DNA of 64,000 nt. Source: Pseudomonadales bacterium. GTDB lineage: Bacteria; Patescibacteriota; Microgenomatia; UBA1400; PJMF01. The stretch is taken from contig JACKFW010000001.1 in NCBI GenBank assembly GCA_020632265.1, positions 855,272-919,271 of the forward strand, read 5' to 3'. The notes beneath the pieces were generated by a model. The model worked only from the letters and a program-made list of their open reading frames with translations, was not told the origin of the DNA and did not search any database. Both the position numbers and the translations under genes were made by a program. Below are positions 47,686-57,323 of the stretch, piece after piece; positions within the stretch are counted from its first letter, which is position 1; each line of letters opens with the position of its first letter.

Positions 47686-48630
47686 TTAACGCCTCTTTTT
47701 AACTCTAATTTCGGCAACATAAACTCCCAGAAAAATTAATCCCAATGCCACAAATTGTAGATAATGTATGTCTTCTTTTAATAGAATGATTCCGAGGGGT
47801 ACGTAAATAAGAGGTGAAAGGTAATTAAAAAGGCTGGCTTCAGAAGCTTCGATACCATCTTGACCCTTAATGTAAGCGGTCAGACCAATAATTGATCCAA
47901 AGATTGCCATATAAAGTACAGCTATCCAGACATAAGTGTTGGAGAAGTCTATTTGAATGGCGCTGGCCAACTTAGAGATTGAAAAGTTGAGTTCCCACAA
48001 ACTTAAGAAGAAAAATGAAATGATTCCGACATAGAAGCTGATTGCCGTGACAAATAGTTTTGGTAATTTTTTATAATGTTTTTTGGCTAATATTAAGTAG
48101 GTTGCTGTTGCAATATTTTGTCCAATAATTAGTAAATTACCTTTGAGAGAAAGTCCATGAATAGAGTTGCCGTTTAAAATAATTGGTAAAGCGGTTAATA
48201 GGGCGGTACCTAGAAAAGCAATGCATAAGCCAATCCATTCATGTTTTTCTTCTTTTTCTTTTAAAAATATAATTCCACCTAGAACAATGAAAATTGGTGT
48301 AGTTGTAGTAATGAAACTTGCTTCAATAGCGCTTGTTATTTCCAAACCAGTATATAGAAGAAAAAGAGCGAGAGAGGTGCCGATTAGCTCCAGGGTTGAG
48401 ATTGCTATAATCGTTCCAAGTTTATTTTTAACTTTTGGCCAATAGTGAAAGAGAAGGGGTAAAGAAAAAATGGCAGCAAAGAAAAATCGATAGAGTAAAT
48501 ATCTCGATGGAGTGGTGAAATCAAAGATGGGTTTTACAATTATCAAAGCGGCACCCCAGACCAAAACATTAACACTGAGAAAAAAGTATGATTTTATTCG
48601 AGAATTCTTTTTTGAAATGATTTTGAGCAT
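47686..48630 (-). CDS. DMT/EamA-family transporter
   Basis: Ten TM helices arranged as a tandem 5+5 duplication. Size 314 aa. Confidence 0.65.
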   Translation of the reverse strand: MLKIISKKNSRIKSYFFLSVNVLVWGAALIIVKPIFDFTTPSRYLLYRFFFAAIFSLPLLFHYWPKVKNKLGTIIAISTLELIGTSLALFLLYTGLEITSAIEASFITTTTPIFIVLGGIIFLKEKEEKHEWIGLCIAFLGTALLTALPIILNGNSIHGLSLKGNLLIIGQNIATATYLILAKKHYKKLPKLFVTAISFYVGIISFFFLSLWELNFSISKLASAIQIDFSNTYVWIAVLYMAIFGSIIGLTAYIKGQDGIEASEASLFNYLSPLIYVPLGIILLKEDIHYLQFVALGLIFLGVYVAEIRVKKRR

Positions 48631-48700
48631 TGATTAAGATTATCACAAATTCATCACTATCTGCTATGATTGCAATCATAATATTTAGTAAATTTAGCTT

Positions 48701-49663
48701 ATGAGTAAAACTGCCATAATAATTAAACGAGTTGCAGATGAGCTTGGTTTAACATCAAGATTTATAGATGATTACAAACTTGTTTTAGTGATTGATTTTG
48801 GGAATAAATCTCACACTTTTATTGCTAATAATATTGGTATCAATGATGAAGCAGTTAGAAAAATTTGTAATGACAAGTTTTACACTTATCTTTTATTAAA
48901 GAATGTTATCAATTTACCAAAAACACTAAGTTTTGTAGACCCAAATGCAGAAGATATATATCTTAATCAAGGTAAATTGAGTTTGAACAAGATAGAAGAA
49001 AAGATTATAACAACTCATACTTACCCAATTTTGATCAAAGCTAATAGTCTTTCTAGAGGAATAAATGTTTTCAAGTGTCTTGACAGAGATCAAGTTAAAA
49101 AAGCAATAAAAAATATTTATAACCAAAAATCTAAAAATTATGATCATGTTTTAATTTCTCAAGATTATATCGATAGTGTCGCTGAATACAGAGTGGTGGT
49201 TTATGATCAAAAAGTTCAGTTTGTGTATCAAAAAGATAATAATATTAATTTAGATTTGAGTAAAAGTTTGCAAGAAGCCAAAAGTATTCAAGGGGATGTA
49301 AATATTCAAGAAGCCAGAGATTTGCATGAAAGCAGAAGTATTCAAGCCGGCAAAAAGACTCAAGTTAGAAAATCTCCAAAATTTGTTGGAAATTTAAGTC
49401 CGTTGCATTGGGAAAATTCTAAATCAGTCTTAATTGATGACAAAAATTTCCTTACTAAAATGTCAGCTTTTATTAAACCTGTTTTTTCAAAAATAGATTT
49501 AAAATATGCTGGTTTAGACATCATTGAAGATAAGTTAGGAAAGTTATGGTTAATTGAAATAAACTCACAACCTGGCTTTACCTATTTTATTAGAGATAAT
49601 TCAGATAAAGAAATCATAAAAATGTATCGGAAAATACTTTTGGATTTGAGGAACCAGATATAA
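48701..49663 (+). CDS. ATP-grasp-fold protein (RimK/glutathione-synthetase-like ligase) with an internal low-complexity insert
   Basis: Central YPILIKANSLSRGINVF and C-terminal KLWLIEINSQPGF (ATP-grasp Mg/ATP-binding E-x-N). Insert with SIQ repeats. Confidence 0.5.
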   Translation: MSKTAIIIKRVADELGLTSRFIDDYKLVLVIDFGNKSHTFIANNIGINDEAVRKICNDKFYTYLLLKNVINLPKTLSFVDPNAEDIYLNQGKLSLNKIEEKIITTHTYPILIKANSLSRGINVFKCLDRDQVKKAIKNIYNQKSKNYDHVLISQDYIDSVAEYRVVVYDQKVQFVYQKDNNINLDLSKSLQEAKSIQGDVNIQEARDLHESRSIQAGKKTQVRKSPKFVGNLSPLHWENSKSVLIDDKNFLTKMSAFIKPVFSKIDLKYAGLDIIEDKLGKLWLIEINSQPGFTYFIRDNSDKEIIKMYRKILLDLRNQI

Positions 49664-49755
49664 GGGTAAAAAGAAACAGATATAAAGGTAAAAAAGAACC
49701 AGATATAAAGGTAAAAAGAACCAGATATAAAGGTAAAAAGGACCGGACAAAAAAA
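49651..49755 (+). repeat. 22-23-bp tandem repeat, about 4.5 copies, starting in the last codons of the ATP-grasp gene and re-copying its TAA stop
   Basis: GAACCAGATATAARGGTAAAAA recurs at 49651, 49673, 49696 and 49718, with a partial copy at 49741. Confidence 0.85.
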
Positions 49756-49810
49756 TTAGTAAAAAAACTAAAAAATAATTGACGATGATTAAAAATATTC
49801 TTGAGCAGAA

Positions 49811-51058
49811 TTAAGTTAATCTTGTGACTATTTCTTCAATATTCAACATTTCCTGATCTCTTGTTTGAAGGTTTTTAAGCGAAACTTTATTTTGCGTCAT
49901 TTCCTCTTCACCAATAACTATTGCGTATGGAATCTTTTTTTTGTTTGCATATTTAAATTGTTTAGCAATTTTGTCTGTATGATCAGGATAAAGTTCGGTT
50001 TTGATATTTGCCTGACGAAGTTTTTTGGCAATTTTTAACGTTTGACTTTGATACATTTTATTGAAAGTTGTTATTAGTACTTTTGAAGAATATGATTGAG
50101 GAATCAACCCAAGTTGATCGGCAGCTTCGACAGTACGATCAAATCCAAAAGCAATTCCTGTGGCTGGTATGTCAAGATTGGTGATTCTTTTCATCATTGA
50201 GTCATAGCGTTCACCACCGCCAACTGAGCCAACTTCATAATCCTCAATGACTATTTCCCAAATTGGTCCTTCGGAGTAACTAAATGATCTGGCAAGAGTA
50301 GGCTCGAAGCGATAGAATCCTTTGTCAAATCCTGAATTTTCTAAATAAGTAATGATTGTTTTGATTGTTTCGTCTGGTTTGATATTCATAACTTGTTGAA
50401 AATATGTTTCAGCTTGAGTTTTGTTGATACCTTTTTTAATCATATCTTTAATCACGCCATCACGACCAATTTTTTTTAATTTATCAATCGCTACAATTGC
50501 TTCATATGGAATGTTTTTCATCAGTTCGCGACTATTAAAGACAATGACAGGTTTTTTAAAACCGAGATTAACATATGTTTCTAGATTTTCAGCAATTACT
50601 TCGGCGTCGGCTTCGGCTCCTTTAACTCCAAAAATATCTAGATCGAATTGGGTAAATTCACGATATCTACCTTTTTGAGGTTTTTCTGCTCTAAAAACTG
50701 ATTGAATTTGATATCTTCTAAATGGAAATGTGAGATTTTCATAATTGGCTGCTACATAACGACAGGTGGGAACGGTTTGATCATAGCGCATGATTACTTC
50801 GCGACCACCATTGTCAGTAAATTTATAGAAAAGTTTTTCGTCTTCACCAATTTCTCCTTCAAATAGCTCAAATGGCTCTAGAGTAGGAGTTTCAATTGGT
50901 TCATAGCCCCATTTTTCTGCTGTTTTAATCATGACGTCTCGGACCCATTGGCGCTTTCTAGCATCAATTGGTAAAATGTCTCTAAAACCTTTTAGTGTTT
51001 GTGTGTTGTTATTTTTCATAAGTTTTATTGTAACATCTTGTAGATTATTTAGATTCAA
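49811..51058 (-). CDS. hisS: histidyl-tRNA synthetase
   Basis: Class II motifs 1-3 (...FRAEKPQKGRYREFTQ..., GGGERYD) and HisRS-specific regions. Size 415 aa. Confidence 0.85.
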   Translation of the reverse strand: MNLNNLQDVTIKLMKNNNTQTLKGFRDILPIDARKRQWVRDVMIKTAEKWGYEPIETPTLEPFELFEGEIGEDEKLFYKFTDNGGREVIMRYDQTVPTCRYVAANYENLTFPFRRYQIQSVFRAEKPQKGRYREFTQFDLDIFGVKGAEADAEVIAENLETYVNLGFKKPVIVFNSRELMKNIPYEAIVAIDKLKKIGRDGVIKDMIKKGINKTQAETYFQQVMNIKPDETIKTIITYLENSGFDKGFYRFEPTLARSFSYSEGPIWEIVIEDYEVGSVGGGERYDSMMKRITNLDIPATGIAFGFDRTVEAADQLGLIPQSYSSKVLITTFNKMYQSQTLKIAKKLRQANIKTELYPDHTDKIAKQFKYANKKKIPYAIVIGEEEMTQNKVSLKNLQTRDQEMLNIEEIVTRLT

Positions 51059-52130
51059 AGGTTAATTCTTTAGTACCGTCTTTAGTAACTAAAACCGTAT
51101 TTTCATATCGATAGCCAAATTCATCATTTAAATATATTCCAGGCTCAATTGTGATGATCATATTAGGCTCAATATTTGTTTGATTGCTCCAACTTATTGA
51201 TGGTGGTTCATGTATTGAAAGTCCTAATCCATGTCCGGTGGTATGAATAAATTGATTGCCATAACCTTTGCTTACGATATAAGTTCTAGCCGCATTATCT
51301 AAGTCATTTGCCTTAATACTTGTTTTTCTATCATCCATTTTATTTATAACTTCTTTATATGCTTGAAGAACAATCGATTCAATTTCGATAAATCTTTCTG
51401 ATTTTTGCTTGCCAAACCAAATTGTTCTAGTCATATCAGCACAATAATCCGAAACTTTAGCACCAATATCAATTAATACAGTCATATTATTTTGAAGAAT
51501 TTTTTCTCCTGGTTGGTGGTGGGGCAGAGCTGAATTTGGACCAAATGCAACAATAATTGGAAAAGCTAGATCTAGAATGTTATTTAATTCAAACAAATTG
51601 CTAATTCTTTTTTTAACCTCGATTTCAGTAATACCTTCTTTTAGTTCGTCAATAATATCAGTCATAACTTTAGCCGTAATTGAGCAGGCTAAGGAAATTT
51701 TTTCTATTTCTTCAATGTCTTTAATTGATCTTAAGTCTTGGATCAGAGATTTTGGATAGTTATTGATGGCGACTTCTAACTTTTTTTCTTTAATTGCCTC
51801 AAGTTCCCTAACAAACAAAGTTTCTGGATCAATTAATAAATTTTTGATATTTTCTTTTTCAATAATAAGCTTGAGGTGGTTTGCAAGTTCTTCTGGGAAA
51901 CTTCCTTTTAAATAATTTATAAATTTCAAATTATTTATGGGAGCAAAGCTAGTGTGTATCAGGTTGAAAGAGTTTTTCGTTACAAAAATAAATGCTTCTC
52001 TTTCTTCTGGAACCAAAAATTTAAAATTACTCAAATAAGCAATATCTCCGATTGCAGAAATTAATATGGATTGAGATTCTTGAAGTTTTTCTTGAAGTAT
52101 TTGAGCTCGATTTTTGAGATTTTTATTCAT
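51045..52130 (-). CDS. Xaa-Pro aminopeptidase / M24-family metallopeptidase
   Basis: M24 metal ligands within DIGAKVSDYCADMTRT, HGLGLSIHE and EPGIY. Confidence 0.8.
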   Translation of the reverse strand: MNKNLKNRAQILQEKLQESQSILISAIGDIAYLSNFKFLVPEEREAFIFVTKNSFNLIHTSFAPINNLKFINYLKGSFPEELANHLKLIIEKENIKNLLIDPETLFVRELEAIKEKKLEVAINNYPKSLIQDLRSIKDIEEIEKISLACSITAKVMTDIIDELKEGITEIEVKKRISNLFELNNILDLAFPIIVAFGPNSALPHHQPGEKILQNNMTVLIDIGAKVSDYCADMTRTIWFGKQKSERFIEIESIVLQAYKEVINKMDDRKTSIKANDLDNAARTYIVSKGYGNQFIHTTGHGLGLSIHEPPSISWSNQTNIEPNMIITIEPGIYLNDEFGYRYENTVLVTKDGTKELTFESK

Positions 52131-52884
52131 CAGATAAAGGTGCTAACGATCTTAGAGTTAACAAAGTGGAGTCTTTTTCATTATTATAGCCCGTGACCAA
52201 AACATTGATATCTTTAGTAAAATTGCCTAATAAAACACTTTCACCATTAGAGTCTTGAAACTTAGATTCTTTAGAGATTAAAAAAATTTTTTCACTATCT
52301 CCCGACCTAGGAAGTATTGCAACTTCGGTTTTTGATACTGAGGTAATGATTCCAATCATAATTTCTTGATTTTTGGGTCTTAAAGTACTGGAGAATACTT
52401 TAATGATACTTGGTGAAAAATTATCATCTTTCAATCTACCCAGAACCATAATCCAATTTTCAACTTCAATGTTATTGATGTCAATTTCTTCATTACCCTT
52501 TAGTATTTTTGGGTTCTCGTCTAAAGCTAAGATTCTTGTTCCTAAACGATTTTTTATTGTAATTGTTTCATCAGTAATCCTAGAAACTTCACCAATTATG
52601 GCGATTTTTCGATTGATTAAATTATCGATTGCTCCTTTAACTTTACTATTCTCAATGTTTTCTTTAATGATTTTTTTTATATCTTGAATCGATTCAGAAG
52701 TTGTTGATGAACTTGTACTCTCCACAGAATCTTGGTTTTTTTGTTGATTTGAATTTTGCGAAGTTGGTGTTTGAGCTTGGATTGAATTGATTGGAGTTGA
52801 TAAGAAGATTAAACCTAGTAAAAATAAAACAATTAGACTTTGTCTCGATTTTCTTTGCATATTTTTACAATTTAATTTGATCAT
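52123..52884 (-). CDS. hypothetical secreted protein (signal peptide, S/T/Q-rich linker)
   Basis: N-terminal signal LIVLFLLGLIFLSTPINSIQA followed by low-complexity STS-rich sequence. Confidence 0.4.
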   Translation of the reverse strand: MIKLNCKNMQRKSRQSLIVLFLLGLIFLSTPINSIQAQTPTSQNSNQQKNQDSVESTSSSTTSESIQDIKKIIKENIENSKVKGAIDNLINRKIAIIGEVSRITDETITIKNRLGTRILALDENPKILKGNEEIDINNIEVENWIMVLGRLKDDNFSPSIIKVFSSTLRPKNQEIMIGIITSVSKTEVAILPRSGDSEKIFLISKESKFQDSNGESVLLGNFTKDINVLVTGYNNEKDSTLLTLRSLAPLSDE

Positions 52885-52923
52885 AACAATTTCTCAATTT
52901 TACACTATTTTTTGCTTTTTTAA

Positions 52924-53412
52924 CTAGTTTGCTGATGGGGTAGCATCGCTATCTTTTGTTTCTGTGGTTAAATCTAATGCTTGGTTTTCAGCTTTCTCAA
53001 GTTCGTCAGATACAACCACCAATCTTTCTTCAACCGTGGTTTCGCCACTTTCATCTAAAACATGAATTCTTAATATATTAGGACCATCATTAAGCTCTAT
53101 TTTAAAGGAAAAATTTCCAGAATCATCGGTGTTTGAAATGAAATCTTCATCATTTACAAATAGTACAATAAATGAATTTGGAGTTGTGGTGCCTGTAACA
53201 GTCAATTCATTTTCTGTTTGAATTAAGCCATCTTCAGGACTGTGAAGAGCTAGCATCGTTGGTTTGGCTGTTTCCAATCCAGTGGTAATATCTTGAGTTA
53301 AGTCTGTAGTAGGAGTATCTGTGATTGAAGTTCTAACCCTATAAAAACCGAACGTTATGATAAGACCCATGCTTAATCCAACAAAAATTGCAATGAGTAC
53401 TTCCTTCTTCAT
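52924..53412 (-). CDS. hypothetical membrane-anchored protein with a beta-rich (Ig-like?) domain
   Basis: N-terminal TM VLIAIFVGLSMGLIITFGF followed by a T-rich extracellular part. Confidence 0.4.
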   Translation of the reverse strand: MKKEVLIAIFVGLSMGLIITFGFYRVRTSITDTPTTDLTQDITTGLETAKPTMLALHSPEDGLIQTENELTVTGTTTPNSFIVLFVNDEDFISNTDDSGNFSFKIELNDGPNILRIHVLDESGETTVEERLVVVSDELEKAENQALDLTTETKDSDATPSAN

Positions 53413-53489
53413 ATTAGTGTATTATACAACTGCTTTATTGTATGCGAAAGCAATGATATCATAAGGCTGAATTAACGAAAGAAAAAATT

Positions 53490-54155
53490 ATGATAATTAC
53501 CTATCACGGACATTCAACATTTAAGATCAAAGGCAAAAAAGGAACAGTTATTACTGATCCATACGATGATTATATTGGATTGAGTTTACCAAGGCTGAGT
53601 GGAGACATCGTGACTGTTTCTCATGATCATAAAGATCATAATGCTTTTAAAAAAGTAGTGGGAACATCGAGAAGGGAAAATCCATTCATTGTTGAAAAAG
53701 CTGGTGAGTATGAAGTTGGAGGGATTTCAGTTTTTGGAGTCAACTCATTTCATGATGCAAATGGTGGAGTCGAAAGAGGACCAAATATTATCTATACATC
53801 ATTAGTTGATGGGATACGAATTTGCCATTTAGGTGATCTCGGTCATGAATTGACTCCTCAACAAGTTGAGGAAATTGGATCAGTTGACGTTTTATTATGT
53901 CCAGTTGGTGGAATATATACTATTGATCCAGAATTAGCAGTGGAAACTATTAGAGCAATTGAGCCTGGAATTGCAATTCCAATGCACTACAGAACTCCTC
54001 AGCACAATCAAGATGTGTTTGGAGACTTAAAAACTCTTGAAGATTTTCTTAAAGTTTATGGAGTTTCTCCAGAACTTACACCAAAGCTCGAAATTGAAAA
54101 TAAATCTAGAATTTCAGAAGAAACTGATCTTGTAGTTTTAAGTCCAATTTTTTAA
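53490..54155 (+). CDS. MBL-fold metal-dependent hydrolase (UPF0173-like)
   Basis: HxHxDH (VSHDHKDH) and downstream His/Asp ligands (HLGDLGH; PMHY). Confidence 0.65.
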   Translation: MIITYHGHSTFKIKGKKGTVITDPYDDYIGLSLPRLSGDIVTVSHDHKDHNAFKKVVGTSRRENPFIVEKAGEYEVGGISVFGVNSFHDANGGVERGPNIIYTSLVDGIRICHLGDLGHELTPQQVEEIGSVDVLLCPVGGIYTIDPELAVETIRAIEPGIAIPMHYRTPQHNQDVFGDLKTLEDFLKVYGVSPELTPKLEIENKSRISEETDLVVLSPIF

Positions 54156-54177
54156 TTTTTATTTAGAGGCTAAAAAG

Positions 54178-55500
54178 ATGGCGAACGAATCTATCGGTAG
54201 ACTGCCACCACAAAACTTAGATGCTGAGAGGTCAGTATTAGGTTCAATTCTTATTGATTCTGATGCAATTGTTATTGTTGCAGATATTTTAGTTCCTGAA
54301 AGTTTTTATCAGGTAGCTCATCAGCAAATTTATGCTGCAATGGAGATTCTTTATGAAAAAAGACAACCAATTGATGTCGTTACTTTGAATAATCAAGTAA
54401 AAAAAATGAAAAACCTCAAATCAGTTGGGGGAACAGCTGCGCTAGCAGAACTTTCAAATGTGGTTTCAACTTCTGCAAATGTTAAGCATTATGCTGATTT
54501 AGTAGCGGAAGCATATGTAAAAAGGAGAATGATTTCTCTTTCTGGAGAATTGAGCCAACTTGCATTTGATGTCGGAAAAGATGTTACCGATATTATAGAC
54601 TTAGCCGAACAAAGAGTGTTTGCACTATCTCAATCGCAAAATAAAAAAGCTTTCCAACCTATTAAAGATACTTTGGTTGAATCTTTTGAAAGATTGGACG
54701 AACTTCAGAAGAACGGAGGAGAGCTTAGAGGAGTGCCAACAGGGTTTGCTGATTTGGATAGAGTCTTGGCTGGTTTTCAAAAATCAAATTTAATTGTGCT
54801 AGCTGCAAGACCTGGTACTGGTAAAACAGCTTTTGCTTTGAATATGGCTCACCACATGAGCGTTGTTTCCAAAAAGAAAGTTGGGTTTTTCTCTCTCGAA
54901 ATGAGTAGAGAAGAGTTGGTGGATCGTTTGTTAGTTTCCCAAGCAGATATTGATGCCTGGAAGCTAAAAACTGGTCGGTTGGATCAACAGGACTTTTTGA
55001 AATTATCTGATGCTATGGGAGTTTTGGCAGATGCTAACATTTTTATTGATGACACGCCAGCTTTAACTATTTTTGAAATGAGAACTAGAGCCAGAAGATT
55101 AAAAACTGAATTTAATATTGATATGTTAGTCGTTGACTATTTGCAACTAGCACATGGAAGGACCAGAGATAATCGTGTAACGGAAGTTGCAGAAATTTCT
55201 CAGGGTCTTAAAAATATTGCTAGAGAATTAAAGATTCCAGTTTTAGCCCTTTCTCAATTATCTCGTGCCATTGAGAGTAGAGCTGAGAAAACTCCTCAAC
55301 TTTCTGATCTAAGAGAGTCAGGCTCTATTGAACAGGATGCAGACGTTGTAATGTTTCTATATCGAAAAGATGAAGATATCAGAGAGGCTGTTAATCTAAG
55401 AATTTCTAAACATCGAAATGGTGGCATGGGCGATATCGATCTGTACTTTAGAGGTGATAGAGTTAAGTTCTACGGTATGGAGAGTCATCGAAATCAATAA
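54178..55500 (+). CDS. dnaB: replicative DNA helicase DnaB
   Basis: N-terminal DnaB domain (PPQNLDAERSVLGSIL), Walker A ARPGTGKT, Walker B LVVDYLQL, and Arg finger. Size 440 aa. Confidence 0.9.
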   Translation: MANESIGRLPPQNLDAERSVLGSILIDSDAIVIVADILVPESFYQVAHQQIYAAMEILYEKRQPIDVVTLNNQVKKMKNLKSVGGTAALAELSNVVSTSANVKHYADLVAEAYVKRRMISLSGELSQLAFDVGKDVTDIIDLAEQRVFALSQSQNKKAFQPIKDTLVESFERLDELQKNGGELRGVPTGFADLDRVLAGFQKSNLIVLAARPGTGKTAFALNMAHHMSVVSKKKVGFFSLEMSREELVDRLLVSQADIDAWKLKTGRLDQQDFLKLSDAMGVLADANIFIDDTPALTIFEMRTRARRLKTEFNIDMLVVDYLQLAHGRTRDNRVTEVAEISQGLKNIARELKIPVLALSQLSRAIESRAEKTPQLSDLRESGSIEQDADVVMFLYRKDEDIREAVNLRISKHRNGGMGDIDLYFRGDRVKFYGMESHRNQ

Positions 55501-55597
55501 TCCCGGTGATTTATCAGCCAATATCAATATTTTGCAGGGTTATTATCAAATTCCAATTATTTATTTAGAAATCTAAAGATTGAAGAAGCTAGTTTTT

Positions 55598-55870
55598 TTA
55601 GACCGCCTGATAACCAAAAAGTAAATAGATCAGTCCTCCTGAGAGAACCATAAACATCGCAAAAAAACCTAAGTTAGATTTTAGGTATTTAAGTGATTTG
55701 TCTGAATCTGGATTATCGACACTAATAATGATTATAGTGGCGACCACAAACCAGATTAAACCTCTAACGATTACTGACCAAATGCTGTCAAGTCGAAACA
55801 TCGACGCGAAGATATTACTTAAAATTTCCATACAAATGCCTTTGCAAACATAAATAATACACCAAACCAA
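55598..55870 (-). CDS. small hypothetical membrane protein (90 aa, 2-3 TM)
   Basis: Hydrophobic helices only. Confidence 0.3.
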   Translation of the reverse strand: MVWCIIYVCKGICMEILSNIFASMFRLDSIWSVIVRGLIWFVVATIIIISVDNPDSDKSLKYLKSNLGFFAMFMVLSGGLIYLLFGYQAV

Positions 55871-55982
55871 ATTTGCAGGCTACTGTTAACTATGCAATAT
55901 CTCTATGAAAAAAGCAAGTAACTTGATATACTACGGGTTCTACTGACTGTAGAATTAAAGAGATAATTTTGCAGTTTTGCAT

Positions 55983-56068
55983 GCCGAGGTGGCGGAACGG
56001 TAGACGCGTGGGTCTCAAAAACCCATGAGGGTAACCTCGTGAGGGTTCGATTCCCTCTCTCGGCACCA
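55983..56068 (+). tRNA. tRNA-Leu (anticodon CAA), type II with a long variable arm and encoded CCA
   Basis: Acceptor stem GCCGAGG/CTCTCGGC. D-arm GGCGGAACGGTAGACGC. Anticodon stem-loop TGGGT-CTCAAAA-ACCCA. Variable arm TGAGGGTAACCTCGTG. T-arm GAGGGTTCGATTCCCTC. Discriminator A followed by CCA. Confidence 0.85.
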
Positions 56069-56236
56069 TATAGCTTTGACAAATTTTACAAGAAATTATT
56101 ACACAGGAATTTAGTTGCACCAAAACATCTTACCGAGTTATTTACTGGATATAAGTACGAATTTACCAATGGTCCATTGGTAAAATCTTTGGATCAAATT
56201 GAGCAAGACGGGCTTAACTGTCAGCTTCTAGTGCAT

Positions 56237-56659
56237 ATGGCACTTGAGGAACTTGGGTTTAGTCTGCCAAAGTGGATGCGTTCCAGCGAGCTGTTTGAAG
56301 ACGAAGTCTTTTTAGAGACAGTTTTGAAACAACAAATTTCTTCTAGAAAATTGGCACATATGGAGTTACCAGATTCGAGGGTGGGGGACATTTGGTTTTT
56401 TAGCAACAATGGTACTAAATCAGACAATAGTGATTCCAAATTTTTCCATTTGGCGGTGGTTTCTCAAGTAAGTCAAGATGGTATGCCAATTTTATTACAT
56501 GCAAGGAAAGAAAAGGGTCAAGATGCGGTTGTAGAGTGGGGGATTGATGAATTTAAGTCAAGTGAATTATATCGTGTTTTTCAAGGAATTAAGAGGCCTC
56601 GAAGGGAGGCAGTGTGTTTGAGTGAATCTGAAGAGCAATTTGGATATGAGATACTTTGA
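56237..56659 (+). CDS. hypothetical protein immediately downstream of tRNA-Leu; start uncertain
   Basis: The ORF is open from 56039 and overlaps the tRNA. 56237 is the first ATG past the tRNA. Contains a Cys...His pair (LNCQLLVH), so a papain-like/NlpC fold cannot be excluded. Confidence 0.35.
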   Translation: MALEELGFSLPKWMRSSELFEDEVFLETVLKQQISSRKLAHMELPDSRVGDIWFFSNNGTKSDNSDSKFFHLAVVSQVSQDGMPILLHARKEKGQDAVVEWGIDEFKSSELYRVFQGIKRPRREAVCLSESEEQFGYEIL

Positions 56660-56831
56660 TCTAAAAACTTTAGTTATATAGATAGTATGAATATTGTTAT
56701 TATGGAAATTTAGCCTGTAAAAGTATCCTGCTATTGAAAATATAGGATTATGTATAAATATTATGGGGAAATTATAATTATTAAGTGAGTTGAATTGTGC
56801 AAAGTTTATTGAATCTTTGAATTTGGAAAAT

Positions 56832-57308
56832 TTATCTCAAAAACCAAATCGCCACTAAAACCAAAAATTGAGGTAATAACCCTACAATTATATTGTGAGT
56901 AGAGTGGTGAAATGATCCGTGCAGTTTGTTGAAAGGCTTAAAAAACCAAGGCTCCCATTTGAGGAAATTTCTTGGTGACTCGATCAAATCTGGTACTATT
57001 CCAAAAAGAGCACCCATCCAAATATGGGGCACTAAATTACTATCACTGCCTCGAAAAAAATAATATATTAGACCTACGCAAATCACTAGTTCAACCAATT
57101 CCAGCATAATTGCGGTACTTCTTTTGCGTTTTCCTGATGAAAGGCCTGTGCCAACGTCCCAATGAGGTATCCAGTCTTCCAAGTAATGCATGCCAATTGT
57201 TAGGGGGATATAAAGTGCTGGATGCGGCAGTTTACTGGCAATAAATGCGCCAGTGATAGCATGAGGTATTGATAACATGTCAATAAGTATACTAATTAGC
57301 CAAAGCAT
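56832..57308 (-). CDS. hypothetical integral membrane protein (YdjM-like membrane hydrolase fold possible)
   Basis: Four to five TM helices with conserved His/Asp in helices (HAITGAF; HYLEDWIPHWD). Confidence 0.4.
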   Translation of the reverse strand: MLWLISILIDMLSIPHAITGAFIASKLPHPALYIPLTIGMHYLEDWIPHWDVGTGLSSGKRKRSTAIMLELVELVICVGLIYYFFRGSDSNLVPHIWMGALFGIVPDLIESPRNFLKWEPWFFKPFNKLHGSFHHSTHNIIVGLLPQFLVLVAIWFLR

Positions 57309-57323
57309 TGTACAATTTGAAAT

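Noticed and set aside
56039-56236. ORF start at 56039 (MRVRFPLSAP..)
   Set aside because: It lies inside the tRNA-Leu gene (T-arm and acceptor stem) and is an artefact of open frame across the tRNA.
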